Shown: in pieces, positions 44,571-56,345 of the stretch
Layout of the letters: the number at the start of each line of letters is the position of its first letter
How positions within the stretch are numbered: position 1 is the first letter of the stretch
NCBI GenBank assembly: GCA_034226945.1
Contig: CP120463.1
Location: forward strand, 62,001 to 126,000
Reading direction: 5' to 3'
DNA from: Picochlorum sp. SENEW3
Lineage: Eukaryota
Length of the DNA: 64,000 nt
The notes under the pieces: generated by a model
What the model was told of the DNA's origin: nothing
Databases searched by the model: none
The model's input: only the letters and a program-made list of their open reading frames with translations
Translations under genes and position numbers: made by a program

Positions 44571-47495
44571 TCACTTCGGCAAGGACATTTCCACATCATG
44601 GCCATGGTCACAGCAGTTCTTGGGATGGGTCTGTTCGTGACCATGCTGATGTGTGGATGTTCCTAGGCTGCAACAGGGAGGATGCATGTCTCCTGTGGAC
44701 TGATTATTGCAGCAAGTTCCAGAGGAGCAACATTTGGCAGACTCTCCGATGCAAATCTTTGGAACATCATCTCCCAGTTTGAAATCATAGCGCAGCAGCC
44801 TCAACCCCATCAATGTCACAAAGAGTGCAGTGCCTACGTCGACCAGCACGGCAGCCCAGAGCGTGAAAAGCTTTGCAAATGCTAGAGCAAGGACAACTGC
44901 TTTGGTTGTCACAGAGAACACTATGTTGAAAACAATAGTCTTCCTTGCTGATCTAGAGAGCCTTTCCAATGCTGGAATCATGCGCAAATCGTTGGTGAAA
45001 AGGGCTACGTCGCCTGCTTCCAAAGCAGCTGCTGCTCCAGCAACTCCCATAGCTATACCAACATTGGCAGCTGCCAATGCAGGAGCATCATTGACACCAT
45101 CTCCAACATGAGCAATGCTGTGCTCATGATCGAGGCCATTTTCTGTTCTTCTCGGAAAATTGCAAAATATCAGTTGTCTGAATTTCTGCACGCAACGATC
45201 AATTGGTCTGACTTGGCGACATGGTGACTGATCCAGATGGTTGACTTGATATTGAGAGACCAAATTCAGCTTGTCTTGTGGCATCAACTCGGCGTGGATA
45301 TTTTCTTCCTCGATACCTGCTTCTCTACCTACGGCAAGAGCTACAGACTTGTTATCGCCTGTGAGCATAGCAGGAGTAATGCCAAGATCTTTCAACGCAG
45401 AGATAGATTCTCTGGCCTCCGCTCTTGTAACATCTTTAGCGGATATGGTACATACAAAAATTTCATCAATACTAACAAAACATGTTGTCAGTCCTTTATT
45501 TTGATATCTCTCAGATGCTTTGATGAGCCTTGAGCTCTGTTCTTCTGAAAGGTCCAGGGCAATGAAGGCTGCTGTCCCAGCTTTGACTGCGTAGCCATCA
45601 ACAATGCCCATCATACCCGAGCCAGGAATTGACTGACTTGTTTTAACATAAAGATCGCACTGAATTCCTAAAGACGCAGCTTTTCCCGAAATTGCAGCTG
45701 CAAAAGGATGGCTGCTGCCTCTCTCCAAACTACCCAACAACCGCAGGATGCCATTGGCATCCCACCTGTCTTGCTCTGGAGATACTTCTATGTCAGAGAT
45801 CAGGAATGAACCTTTTGTTAGTGTACCCGTCTTGTCGAATGATACCACCCGGATCGAGGACAATGTTTCGAGGACAAGGCCCCCTTTTATCAACACCCCT
45901 GCCTGGGCAGCACGGGCCAGTGCTGATACAATGGTGACTGGAGTGGAGAGAACAAGCGCACAAGGACATGCAATCACCAGAACTTCCAAGGACAAGTAAA
46001 CCCATTCCTTCCTATCTGCATTCGGATCATACCATGGAACAAAAGCCAGGAGAATACAGGTGACTATGACTAGAGGTGTGTATACTTTGGCAAACTTTGC
46101 CACTGCAGCTTCAGATGGACTCTGACGCGATGTCGCTTGCTCTACAAGCTTGGCCATGCCTGCGACAAAAGTTTTATCCGCAGTGGTCTCCGTCCTAATA
46201 ATAACCATGCTATTTCCTGTGTTCATAGTACCAGCTTTAATCTGATCACCGATCGATTTCACAATAGGAACACTTTCCCCTGTCAGCATACTTTCGTCAA
46301 AGGCTGATGTTCCTGACAAAACAATCCCATCTAATGCTGACTTTTCTCCTGCACGAACCAATACAGATGTCCCTATTGGAGCCAAGGCTGCGGATATTTC
46401 CTCTCCACTTTCTGCCAATATGGCAGTTTCTGGTCTCAAAGAGAGAACCGATGAAATTGCATCTCTTGCCTGGCCAGTGCATCTACTTTCCAAGAAATCA
46501 GCCACAGAGAACAGGACTACAACCGTTCCCGCCTCAGTATATTCGCCAATTGCAATTGCCCCAGATACCGCGAGAGTCATCAAAAGGTGGATATCAAAAA
46601 TGCCATGCCTCAATGCACCCAAAGCTTTTAAAAGGATACCAGGCATTGGCAATGCCACAGCCCCAAGTGCAACATACTTGAGGTATTCCAACCACTCCCA
46701 ACCAGTTGGACCTGCTAGATAGTAGAATAATGATACAATGAGAAGAAATGCAGACACCCATACATGCCACGGAGGTAACCATGAACGGGCCCCCTGAACC
46801 TGTTTTCTGGGAAATGTCAATGAAGCATCCATTCGGGCTTCATTCAGTGCAGCTACCATTGCAGCGGGGGATGCCAAATCCCCCACATGTCTCACTGTCA
46901 CAGTTTTAGTAACTACAGCTACTTCAACTTGACGCACACCGTTCAATTTCTTCAAACAGGAGTCTATCACTGGAACTTCCATCGGACAACATATACCCTC
47001 ACAGTAGATTTTTGTGACTTTGAGGCTTGAGTCCTTGCCAGCACCGTTGTCCTTTTCTAGCAGGGATCTCTTCTCATACGAAGGAGAATGTGGCTCACAA
47101 CAAGGAAGAGAACAATCCTGCCCCAAGCACCTTTCTGCAACCTGTTTTAAACTGATTCCCTTCCCCCTGCACAAGGAAACCACCCACAGTCACTACCATA
47201 GTCTCACAGAACAAAACCGGGCTAGTATATATCTGATATAGACAATAGATGTAAATATGTTGAAATGCACGCACTTTATGAGTGTCGAAAAGAGACCATG
47301 AGACACAAAAAGAGGTTCGCGTGATCGCTCGTGCACTTCACAGCATACAGGCTCCTCTATTCGATGATGAAGCTCACCATCGTCACTAACATAGTCATAA
47401 TGATCGTCATGCTTCACCATTTCATGCCCACAGTCTGGACCGTGCCTATGACCAATCAAGGTCACAGCCTCTGTGTTCCACTCTCCCGCAGTCAT
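44571..47495 (-). CDS. P1B-type heavy-metal ATPase (Zn/Cd HMA2/3/4-like); 2 exons (47495-47275, 47166-44571)
   Basis: HMA domain GICCPMEV, LTGES, ACPCAL, FDKTGT, SHP, MLTGD, GDGVNDAPAL; His/Cys-rich termini. The intron 47274-47167 joins in frame. Confidence 0.93.
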
Positions 47496-47786
47496 CAGTT
47501 GATACGTATCTAGAATTAAAATGTATCAACAGTATTTCTGAGGGATCAAAGATGTCCTCTCAAAATCAAGTGCGTGCGTGGTTTACTTCAACGATATCCT
47601 ACGTGGTTTGTACTCGGTCCATTATTTCATGCATTGCGGCATGTATTTAATCAGGAATTACACTATTCACATGTCATCGAGGGTGGATAATTAATTAGTG
47701 TGGGATATAGTCCGCATAGAAATTCAGCGACATGTAGTCCCAGGCTGGACCCCATGTGTGCACTACTTGATTGCCTCCAGTTCGGT

Positions 47787-50700
47787 TCAAGCTGATGTTA
47801 GAAAATGCAGTCCTTCGCTTTTGAGAATGGCGGGAGGAAGAGGCACTCTTCTACAGGAGTCATCAATTTTGGAGAAGAATGAATCATTGCCCAAATCTAT
47901 GGCACCAGGAGATGTCTGCGGACGAGTGCCATCGGGTAGAAGAGGCCCTGGTCCAGTTGGCAGAGTTGGTGCCACGTTGAAATACATCTTGTTATTCAGC
48001 ATGACCTGCCTTCTTGTGAATCCTCGAGCATTCAAATAAAAGTCCAATGATGGGTCCACGAGCAGATTGTCGACATCATCGGTGGATGGTGCAAGTTCTA
48101 CTCCAATGGCTGCTGGGACAGAGAAATCTTCATCCCTGTCACCAAAGGTTGTCCAAGACTTGGTTGGGGTCCTGAATACATTATTTTCATACTCAATACA
48201 CAAAGAAGTCGCGCCTGGATTTTCGGATAGCGTCTTCAGAGTCTCCAAGAGGGCTTTCCGTTCTCTGTCCATTTTGAATTCCGAGCGCCAGTCATCATGT
48301 TGGAATTCAGCCAACCTGTACACCTGCTGGAGGGTTAATGCTGACATTCGGCTGATAGATGACAGTATATTCACCCCAGATTTTGCTTTTCGCGTCAAGT
48401 CATCAAACCCTTCCATGATGAAATATGAAGCTTGCATCAATCTTTGAAAAGCATCTCCAAATTCAGCTGGGGAGAAATTCAGTCCATCAGCCAATCGTGT
48501 CGTCATGTGATTCTCTAATATACCTAAGGCAGTTTGTAGCGCTTTTGCGCTAGACACAGAACATAAATCTCTGCGCAGCAAGAGCCCATTGAGAATAGTA
48601 CCATCAACAAATCTCATCGCAGCCCAAATAATGGCCTTTGAGAGAGCAGTAGGCACGTTCTCTTCCTTCAGGATGACAGCTAGATTTGTCAGGGTCCCAA
48701 TAATTCGTATCCATTGGGATTTACTGGTACCTAAAGCCTCTAATTGATTCTCAAAAGAATTAGACCCTTTCTTAAGAAAACTTGCACGGGCGGACCTTCT
48801 AGCATCTTCTGCAAGAAGGCTTGGAATATGAATCTGTATTTTTCCGGTCACGAAATGAGCCAGAGACTCATAGACTGGATCTAGCCCGATCATTTTTTCA
48901 CTAGTTTTGACGAAAAGAGCTGATTCTTTTCGACCAACAGATTCCACTTTAAGCATGGCTCCACTCGAGCATATCAAAGTAACACAATACAGGCATGTGT
49001 TGAAACTCTTACGCGCCTCCTGAGAGATAGCTCCCATTATTTGATCCATAGCCTGAGTAACCTGGCTTTGACTCCATAGGCCTGCCCATTGGTTCATGCA
49101 GCGGCGTATGATCCAGCTTCCGTATGGGAGAATGGCACCACAATTGAAAATATCATTTCTAATTGTCACGTACACCGATTTCTCAGTTATGAAATGGCTA
49201 ATGATCAAATTAATATCTTCAATTTTAGATTCTTCAAGCAATCCATGAGTATCTGCCTCCATGTCCATAGGCTTTGTGTCTTCCAGGCAGACGATTGGAT
49301 TGTTTGTCAAGTCTCCTATGGTGACTACTTTACTGGACTCGTCCTTTTCTGTTCGCTCATTTACTCTGTACTTTTCAATATATTCTTTTAATTGAGCTAT
49401 TTCAGATGCCAACGAGGATTTTTCCTGAGCATGGACTTCCACTTCTTCCATGAGAGACTGGATACGAGAGGATAGAACAGTATTTTCATTCCTTAGCTCC
49501 ATCACTGAATTATCCTTTTCAAATAACTGCCCATGGAGGTTCTGCAAATCTGATTTCAAAGCCTGTACTTCTTTGAGATGCTGAGAAGATTTGTCTGTCG
49601 ACTCTGCCTGAAGTTTGAGGTTTTCTATCTCCATCAGGTTTGATGCATTGCCTCTTTCTAATTCCCTTATTTTTTCCTTCAATTGCTCGTTTTGCTGTTC
49701 TAAACTTTCTAGATCGTCATTCAGTTTCCGAGCCTGATCCAAAAGAGAATTGATCTCCTTGGCTTGAGTGTCCACTGCTTTCTCTGCCTTTTCTTTTTCC
49801 TCCTCCGAGGAGACCAAACGCTGTCTCACACAAGCCATTTCATTACTTAAAGTCGCGATGGATTCTTCGTATTTCGCACTCAGTGACTTGACCTCATTAA
49901 GCCGCTTTTCTGCAAGCGATGAAAGCGAATTGTCCTGCAAGATTGAAAGCCTGGAAACTTCCTTCTCGAGATTAGATATCCTGGATTTATCCGACAAACG
50001 ATCCTGCTTTAATGATTCGTTCTCAGCGCACTTTGTTTTCAATACCTCCTTTAGACTTCTAATTTCTTCCTCTAAGGCGCTAAATTTCGAGGCAGTAATT
50101 GACAATCTCTCAGCAACTTTCCATGCAGAATATCGCCTCCAGTGAGCTTGGATGAGAGTAGCTGCTTCAGAGTGAGCTTTGGCGAGCAATTCCAGCTCGA
50201 TTCTATGCTTGGCAAACTCTGATTGTTCGATGAATTTTTTTCTAGCCAAGTACATTCTCCAACAAGCTTGTATTGCTATTGCATTCGCTTGTCTGCATCA
50301 ATTTGATTGCATTGCTTCAACAGTAGGCAAGTAATATATGTACTATTGATATTGAACATACCTTTTTCTTTGAGTTAATACTTTTTGGGCTCGGTAAGAT
50401 CTCCACCGAGATTGAATTATCTTCGCTGCTCTTTGGATCCTCATTCGTCTTGCTTCAGTGCGAGCGAAGAAAGACCTCCAAGCTGACTGTGCTATAATTA
50501 TGGCCTGAACTTTTATCTTAAACCTCCTACGAGCTTGGTAAGATCTCCAATAAGACTGAATCTTCAATACTGCATTAGATATTACCTTTCCCCTTTGTCC
50601 CTCCAATGCGGCGAGTTGGCCAGTTCTCAGGAATATTTTTGTCCTTCCTATTTGCCATCCACTTAACGAAGACCTTTTCATAATTGCCACAACTAGATCA

Positions 50701-53161
50701 GATACTTGGTGACCCTGTAGCGCATGCCAGTCTATGAGGCCTTTCTCTGTCTTTGGCACCTTACTAGATTCTAAATCGTGGTGGGAGAGAAGGACAGAGT
50801 ATCTCTTCGCAAAAGGCAAGAATGTCTTCCTAGTTGGGTACCCTGCACAAGCAATCCGGACAGCCTCCAAAACACCACCGGCTCGAAGTTGCTCCATTGC
50901 ATACGCAGGTTGTAAGTTTCCAGGCGTCGAATCTTTATTGGGCTTGATACAACGGATGAAATGTGGCTGACATGCATTCAAAGTATCTGATAACTTGTTT
51001 AGCTGCTTCTGAAACGTGGATCCTATTGTATTTAGCTTGAATGCGTTCCTCTTTTTGCTATCCCTGGCATTATATTCAAGATATAAATTTTTGGGTAGAG
51101 GTTCGTCACAAGCTCGCAAGAGAGCCTCCTGGTCTTCAACAATAAAATCCCTATTCTTCTCCAGAAACCCATCAGTCGCATAACGAACCTCGCCAGCATA
51201 GTGATTCACAATAAAAGAGAACTGGTCCCTTTTAGGGGCTGAAAATCTTGGATGTTTTTCTAGGTTGGAACGAAGTGATATCGCGAGGTCTTGAAAGGTG
51301 GCTTTAGGTAGTCTACATGCTTCATCAAGCATTGGGAAAATACCCAGATTCTTTCCATTCAGGTTTTCCTTGGTGATTGAAGATAGCCTTGTTCCTTCTA
51401 GAAGATCCAAAACATCCTGATTGTCAATAAACTCGATGTAACTCCAATCGATCCCTTCAATCGCATATTCTTCCTGCTCAGCTTTGAAAACATGTGCATT
51501 GAATGCCTGCTGTAACTTTTCATTTGCCAGGTTGATGCACAATTGTTCGAAAGAATTGGTATCAAATGATTCGAAGCCATATATATCCAATATACCAACA
51601 GATAGCGGAGTCCTTCTGCTACCCCCTACAGATCCAATCTTTTTGTTGATGGCTGATACAAGCCAATCAAACAATTTTGAGTACAGCGACTTGGCTAGCG
51701 AGTCTCTTGATTCCTCTGATTCCAGAATATTATACCTCTTCTCGATTTTCTCCCCAGCAGTAGAAATTGTCCTTTTCATCAAAGCTTCAGATAATTTTTC
51801 GGATGTTGTTCCAAGCAATGCAGCAGCAGCTTGAAGTCCTGCAATGGACCTGTCGTCTGGACTAACCACCGCTTCATCAGCCACTGCATTCTCAGATGTC
51901 ACAAAACTAATATTACCGAGGTGTAAGACTGCCGCAACGCACCGCAAGACCGACTCGATTTCATTACCATCCAAACCAATGACTTTCATCGCGTTGAGCG
52001 TAGCAACAAAGCCATCCTTATCATCTATACCCTCTAGTTTGACTGTACTACTCTGACCTAAATACCTGAACTCAGATATATCCCCCGGCAAAAATAGTCG
52101 TTTCTTCAAATCAACGCTTGCTCCATAGAATATCTGGTAAAATATATGAAATGAACGTTCAGGAGACCCAATACTCACTACCCGGCTTCGCTCAAGAAGA
52201 TAGGTGGAAATATTTGCACCTGCAACTCTCCCAGTTGGATCAAAGTCTATTTCCACGAATTTTCCAAAGCGAGAAGAATTATCATTTCTTACTGTCTTGG
52301 CGTTTCCGAAAGCTTCCAAAAGCGGATTTGATTCGAGTATCTGTTGTTCAATTGGAGTAGCTGACCCAAGAATATCACCAAATTTGGACCCAGACCGGTG
52401 AGCTAAATATTGCATCACCATTTTTGCAGACTCTGTTTTGCCAGCCCCACTCTCGCCACTGATAAGAATTGTCTGACGTTTCTCATCAATCATCATTGCA
52501 GAATAAGCTGCCTCAGCCACAGCATACGTGTGAGGTGACAGGTCGCCAAAGGGAATCCCTTTGTACTGTGCCATCATCCTACTACCATATAAATGTTTGA
52601 GGGGCTTGTGTGGATTTACTGCTATTAAAATCTGTCCTGAATACGTGTATATCATATCCAGTTCATATCGTACCCTCAAAGTATGCAATATGCTGCATCT
52701 CATACAGGAAATTGTGATTATTCTATCTGCTAGAAAACCATAACCAAACAATTGATCACACACCCTGGTTCGTGTAGAAAGTCTGAGCGGACAAGATCGT
52801 CAACTGTATCATCCTTTTCGTTCTGGAGGAAGCACTCGGCTGCTCTTAATTGTGACCGTGACCCATCCTCAAATAAAACATCCAGCACGACGACATCGTC
52901 AACTCCACGACTCACACCCTGCAAAAAGAATGGGGGTCGCGTGTCACAGCTGCTCGGTCAAAATCATCTTGAATTATCCCTCACTTCCATGATACATACC
53001 TCGACAACACCGCGGGCCCATGAAGCAATCCCATGAGATGGTGAGATTCTCCTGGCAGTTGGGCTTGTTGCTGGAGCCCAGACTGGAGTTCCAGGAAGAA
53101 AGGCTTGTGAATGAGCAGCTGCGATTGCTGCCTTATCCACATGATCTTTTTTCTTCACCAT
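47787..53161 (-). CDS. Myosin class XI; 4 exons (53161-53000, 52918-52764, 52692-50362, 50292-47787)
   Basis: DDLVRSDFLHEPG, IYTYSG.ILIAVNP, GESGAGKT, LEAFGNAKT.RNDNSSRFGK, DIYGFE, HFIRCIKPN; IQ motifs, coiled coil, and a dilute-type tail (LNGLLLRRDLCS). Introns preserve frame. Confidence 0.93.
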
Positions 53162-54863
53162 TATTGCATATTATGCCATGTCTGGGGCATATCAAAGAGG
53201 TTTCCAGGGAAGTTGCCTTTGATACGAGCTTCAGATCACGAAAACGAATTGAGAACTCACTGCATCAGTCACCTAGGGAATAGAATCAAATTGAGCTGAT
53301 TATTTATGAAATTAAAACTATCATGAGAGGTCTTAATTTCCAATCAAATGGCCAAACTCCTAAGAAAACCGTCAGAGCAGTGCTTACCACTGATTCGAAT
53401 TCAGAGCAACGTATGGACGCGATTTTGTTGCAGAAACACAGGTTTGGAGATTCTTCTCCAATTATTTCGCTTTTAATGGCCTTAATCGCCGAGGGCGAAT
53501 ATGAACCTGGATTCCAATCCTGGTGAGTTGCAGATGGCCATGGCTATCTGCAATTGCATCAATGGATTCTAAGCTCAGACGCTCGAGCATTGGACTTCCC
53601 GAGTGATGGCAATGCAGATAAAGAACTATCGCTTATTTGAAATCAAATGATTCTCTATCACAGAAACTTGCTTGTCTGAATATATAATTGTTGTACATTC
53701 TTATAAGAATACAGGCAACATGATCATGATCTCCTGTACATGCACCAATCGCATTCATCCTTGACGTTTGAGGCAGGAGGATTACTATTATTGCAGTTCT
53801 ATTTCTCTCCAGTTGAGGAACATTTGTTGGCGAATAGAGCACGCGAGAATGATGACGAACTACATGCAGTAAGTAGCAGACGCTGGAAATTGCTTTAGAG
53901 AAAGGCAATGAGTGCAGGAATGAATCCCAGTAGAAAAACATACTGAACCACATAATTTGCGGTGTTCTGTCTTCTATCGCTTGTGGACATTGCCTTCAAC
54001 AACGTTCTGCTCAGAGTGCCTGTCATAAGCTAACATCAAATTTCATGGCACACGGAGAAAGCAACTGTTCCGATAAACTTCCATGCTCCTCGCCTATTCA
54101 ATAGTATTGTTGAACTTTCAGATTAAACGAAGGCATATTCGTATTCTGGTGTGGGGACGAAAATGCCTAGTCTGTGTATATTATTTCTGATGACATTGAT
54201 TGTGTGGAAATATTACACCGGGTCAAATATTATTTATTTTATACCCGCTCGTGAGTTATTCCCGAGCGTACAGAGCCTCGGAGATCTATTGCTGCCCGCT
54301 TGCCCTCGATCGCACCCTGGATCTGAGAGGGACCAGTCGCCCAAACGTTTCGGTTGACTCGCGAATAAAGTCGCATGCCAAGCCGTGGTGCCATCAGATC
54401 TAATTCCCATAAACTGCTGTTTGACACGCCATATTACTCTAAAGTGTCAACTTTTATCATTCAATCGTGCTTGAGAACGTTCTAACCCTCACCACCACGT
54501 TTGACTCTCGAGGTATGTGATGGCGAGGCCACTGCTGTGGCGTTGTTCTGTGTGCACGTGCGCAGCTTTGCGGGCTCTTGCACCCCTTATATGTCAGATA
54601 CAAATGATTATGTGCCTTTTGGTGGGGATTTCGGGGGGGCTGGGGCCTAGGCGGGAGATTTCGCTTTTGTCGAGCTGTCGTTGTTAACTTCTCCTTGTCA
54701 GTACTCTGAACAAGCTTGTGTTGTCGACCTTTGTTGGACTTTCGCCTTCGTTGTCTAGAATGATGACGAGTTTCCCCCTTAGCATTGGTGGTTATTTCCA
54801 GTACAACATCGTTATGTTCTGTTCGACTAAATTGGACTCTCGTTTGTGCCTTGCAGCGCACCC

Positions 54864-55583
54864 ATGTTGATGGAAGACATGCCGTATCGGCAGAACTCGG
54901 AGATAACAATGGACTGGAGCGGGAATGGCATGGAGTCACCCGCGAGAATCGTACAGAGGTTCTCTGAATATGCAGCAAATGGCGACTATGGATACGAGGA
55001 GATCGTTCCACTCGACTCTAAGCAGCAGTTGGGGCATGTCGCCCACGATCCTGCCATCAAGGCTGTCCACATGGACGCTTATGCCGCTTTCCCAGACGAC
55101 GTCCTTCCAACTCGAAGGAGTAAGAATCCATTGAACACAGCATCTCGTGCCAGAAGATTCAAGCTCTTGTCCAAGAATGCTGTTGTGAAACCAGTCAAGG
55201 CCGTTGCCTCTGGTGCTGCAAGACTGACTGCCAAGTCCAAGAGTGCTGTTGTGAAACCAGCCAAGGCCGTTGCCTCTGGTGCTGCAAGACTGACTGCCAA
55301 GTCCAAGAGTGCTGTTGTGAAACCAGCCAAGGCCGTTGCCTCTGGTGCTGCGAGACTGACTGCCAAGTCCAAGAGTGCTGTTGTGAAACCAGCCAAGGCC
55401 GTTGCCTCTGGTGCTGCGAGACTGACTGCCAAGTCCAGGAGTGCTGTTGTGAAACCAGTCAAAGCTATGAGCAATGCTGTCAACCAGGCCTCCTCCGCAG
55501 TGACAGGCAAAGCCAGATCAATTCGATCATTCTTTTCTGGCCTTCAATTTCCTTGCCTTTCCAAGCCGGACTGCAAGGCCTGA
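54864..55583 (+). CDS. Orphan protein with ~4.5 copies of a basic 22-aa repeat (copy 1)
   Basis: ATG at 54864 just after an acceptor-like ttgcag (54856); repeat SKSAVVKPAKAVASGAARLTAK; C-terminus FPCLSKPDCKA. Confidence 0.7.
   Translation: MLMEDMPYRQNSEITMDWSGNGMESPARIVQRFSEYAANGDYGYEEIVPLDSKQQLGHVAHDPAIKAVHMDAYAAFPDDVLPTRRSKNPLNTASRARRFKLLSKNAVVKPVKAVASGAARLTAKSKSAVVKPAKAVASGAARLTAKSKSAVVKPAKAVASGAARLTAKSKSAVVKPAKAVASGAARLTAKSRSAVVKPVKAMSNAVNQASSAVTGKARSIRSFFSGLQFPCLSKPDCKA
55169..55465 (+). repeat. 66-nt coding tandem repeat, 4 full units plus a partial
   Basis: Units start at 55169, 55235, 55301, 55367 and 55433 (gtccaagagtgctgttgtgaaaccagccaaggccgttgcctctggtgctgc...). Confidence 0.95.
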
Positions 55584-56345
55584 GTGACTCGTCACCTATT
55601 CTCTCCCTCTCACCTGGTATGGCTGCTTGTCTTAGCATATATTACAGAAGCGTACCATGGACGCTAAATTGGGAATAATAATAATAATAACTCTATCAAA
55701 AAGGTTTCTTCGTCAGACATGAATCGCGAGGGAGGCGAGAAGTGTTGGTGTCTCTGGAAACATTTCTCCCAGTGAACACCCACTCTCTCTTTCTCTCTCC
55801 TCAACGAGGCAAGCACTCGATTGCGCGTGACACTACTATGATGCTATATTATTCGTTAGTACATCTGAACTGTAAACTTTACTTGAGAGTTGAATAGCGC
55901 TCATCAAATAGCGCTTTAGGCTTTTTCGTGCCAGATACATCTGAATTGAGCTTGATCGTCCGTGTCACATGCACGTTGCCTGTATGCAATCACCTTGAAT
56001 GTATGCAAATTGCATTGCGAGAAGTGCAGATAGATCGATTGTTCCGCTATGGAATACATGACTCTATATGCTCTGAGAGAAGGATGGGCATGAGATGATA
56101 GGATGCCTCGTTTCTTCAATACCTTTTGACACAGGTACCTCTGGAGGCATGTTTGCCTCGAGAAGTGTGAGGCGTTTCGACCCCATAGTATCTGATACAC
56201 CAGGGTCCAACCTTTTTGGAATCCGATTGATTGCCTCGATGGACGACAGTTATAGCATCATTGTAGATCTGCAGAGTTACAACACATAAAATATTTGGCT
56301 CTATATTTTTTATATTAAAAAAAAGATCGATTATTTAGGGAAAAG

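Larger units (their letters stand above)
54220..56279 (+). repeat. Left arm of a ~2 kb inverted segmental duplication (partner 59561-61488)
   Basis: Reverse complement of 59561-61488 with only a few substitutions. The 132-nt length difference equals two 66-nt repeat units. Confidence 0.95.

Noticed and set aside
53200..54200. ORFs 53323-53526 and 53633-53953
   Set aside because: Short, with no recognisable motifs; treated as intergenic.
54482..54489. Telomere-like ctaaccct
   Set aside because: A single imperfect unit with no array.
54457..55011. 184-aa antisense ORF and its copies (60697-61251, 59177-59500), plus other short ORFs in the arms
   Set aside because: They recur only because the DNA is duplicated; composition is not protein-like and they overlap the better-supported gene or its leader.
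55169..55465. Regular repeats as a CRISPR array
   Set aside because: The 66-nt units are contiguous with no unique spacers and keep frame inside an ORF; the context is eukaryotic with no cas genes.
54864..55583. Repeat protein as a pyrenoid Rubisco linker
   Set aside because: The repeats are shorter than and lack the aromatic/acidic sticker motifs of EPYC1-type linkers, and there is no evident plastid transit peptide.
54220..56302. Duplicated arm as a TIR transposon (gggtcaaatatt versus aatatttggctc near 56290)
   Set aside because: Only 10 of 12 bases match in AT-rich sequence, the putative right TIR lies outside the duplicated segment, and there is no TSD or transposase.
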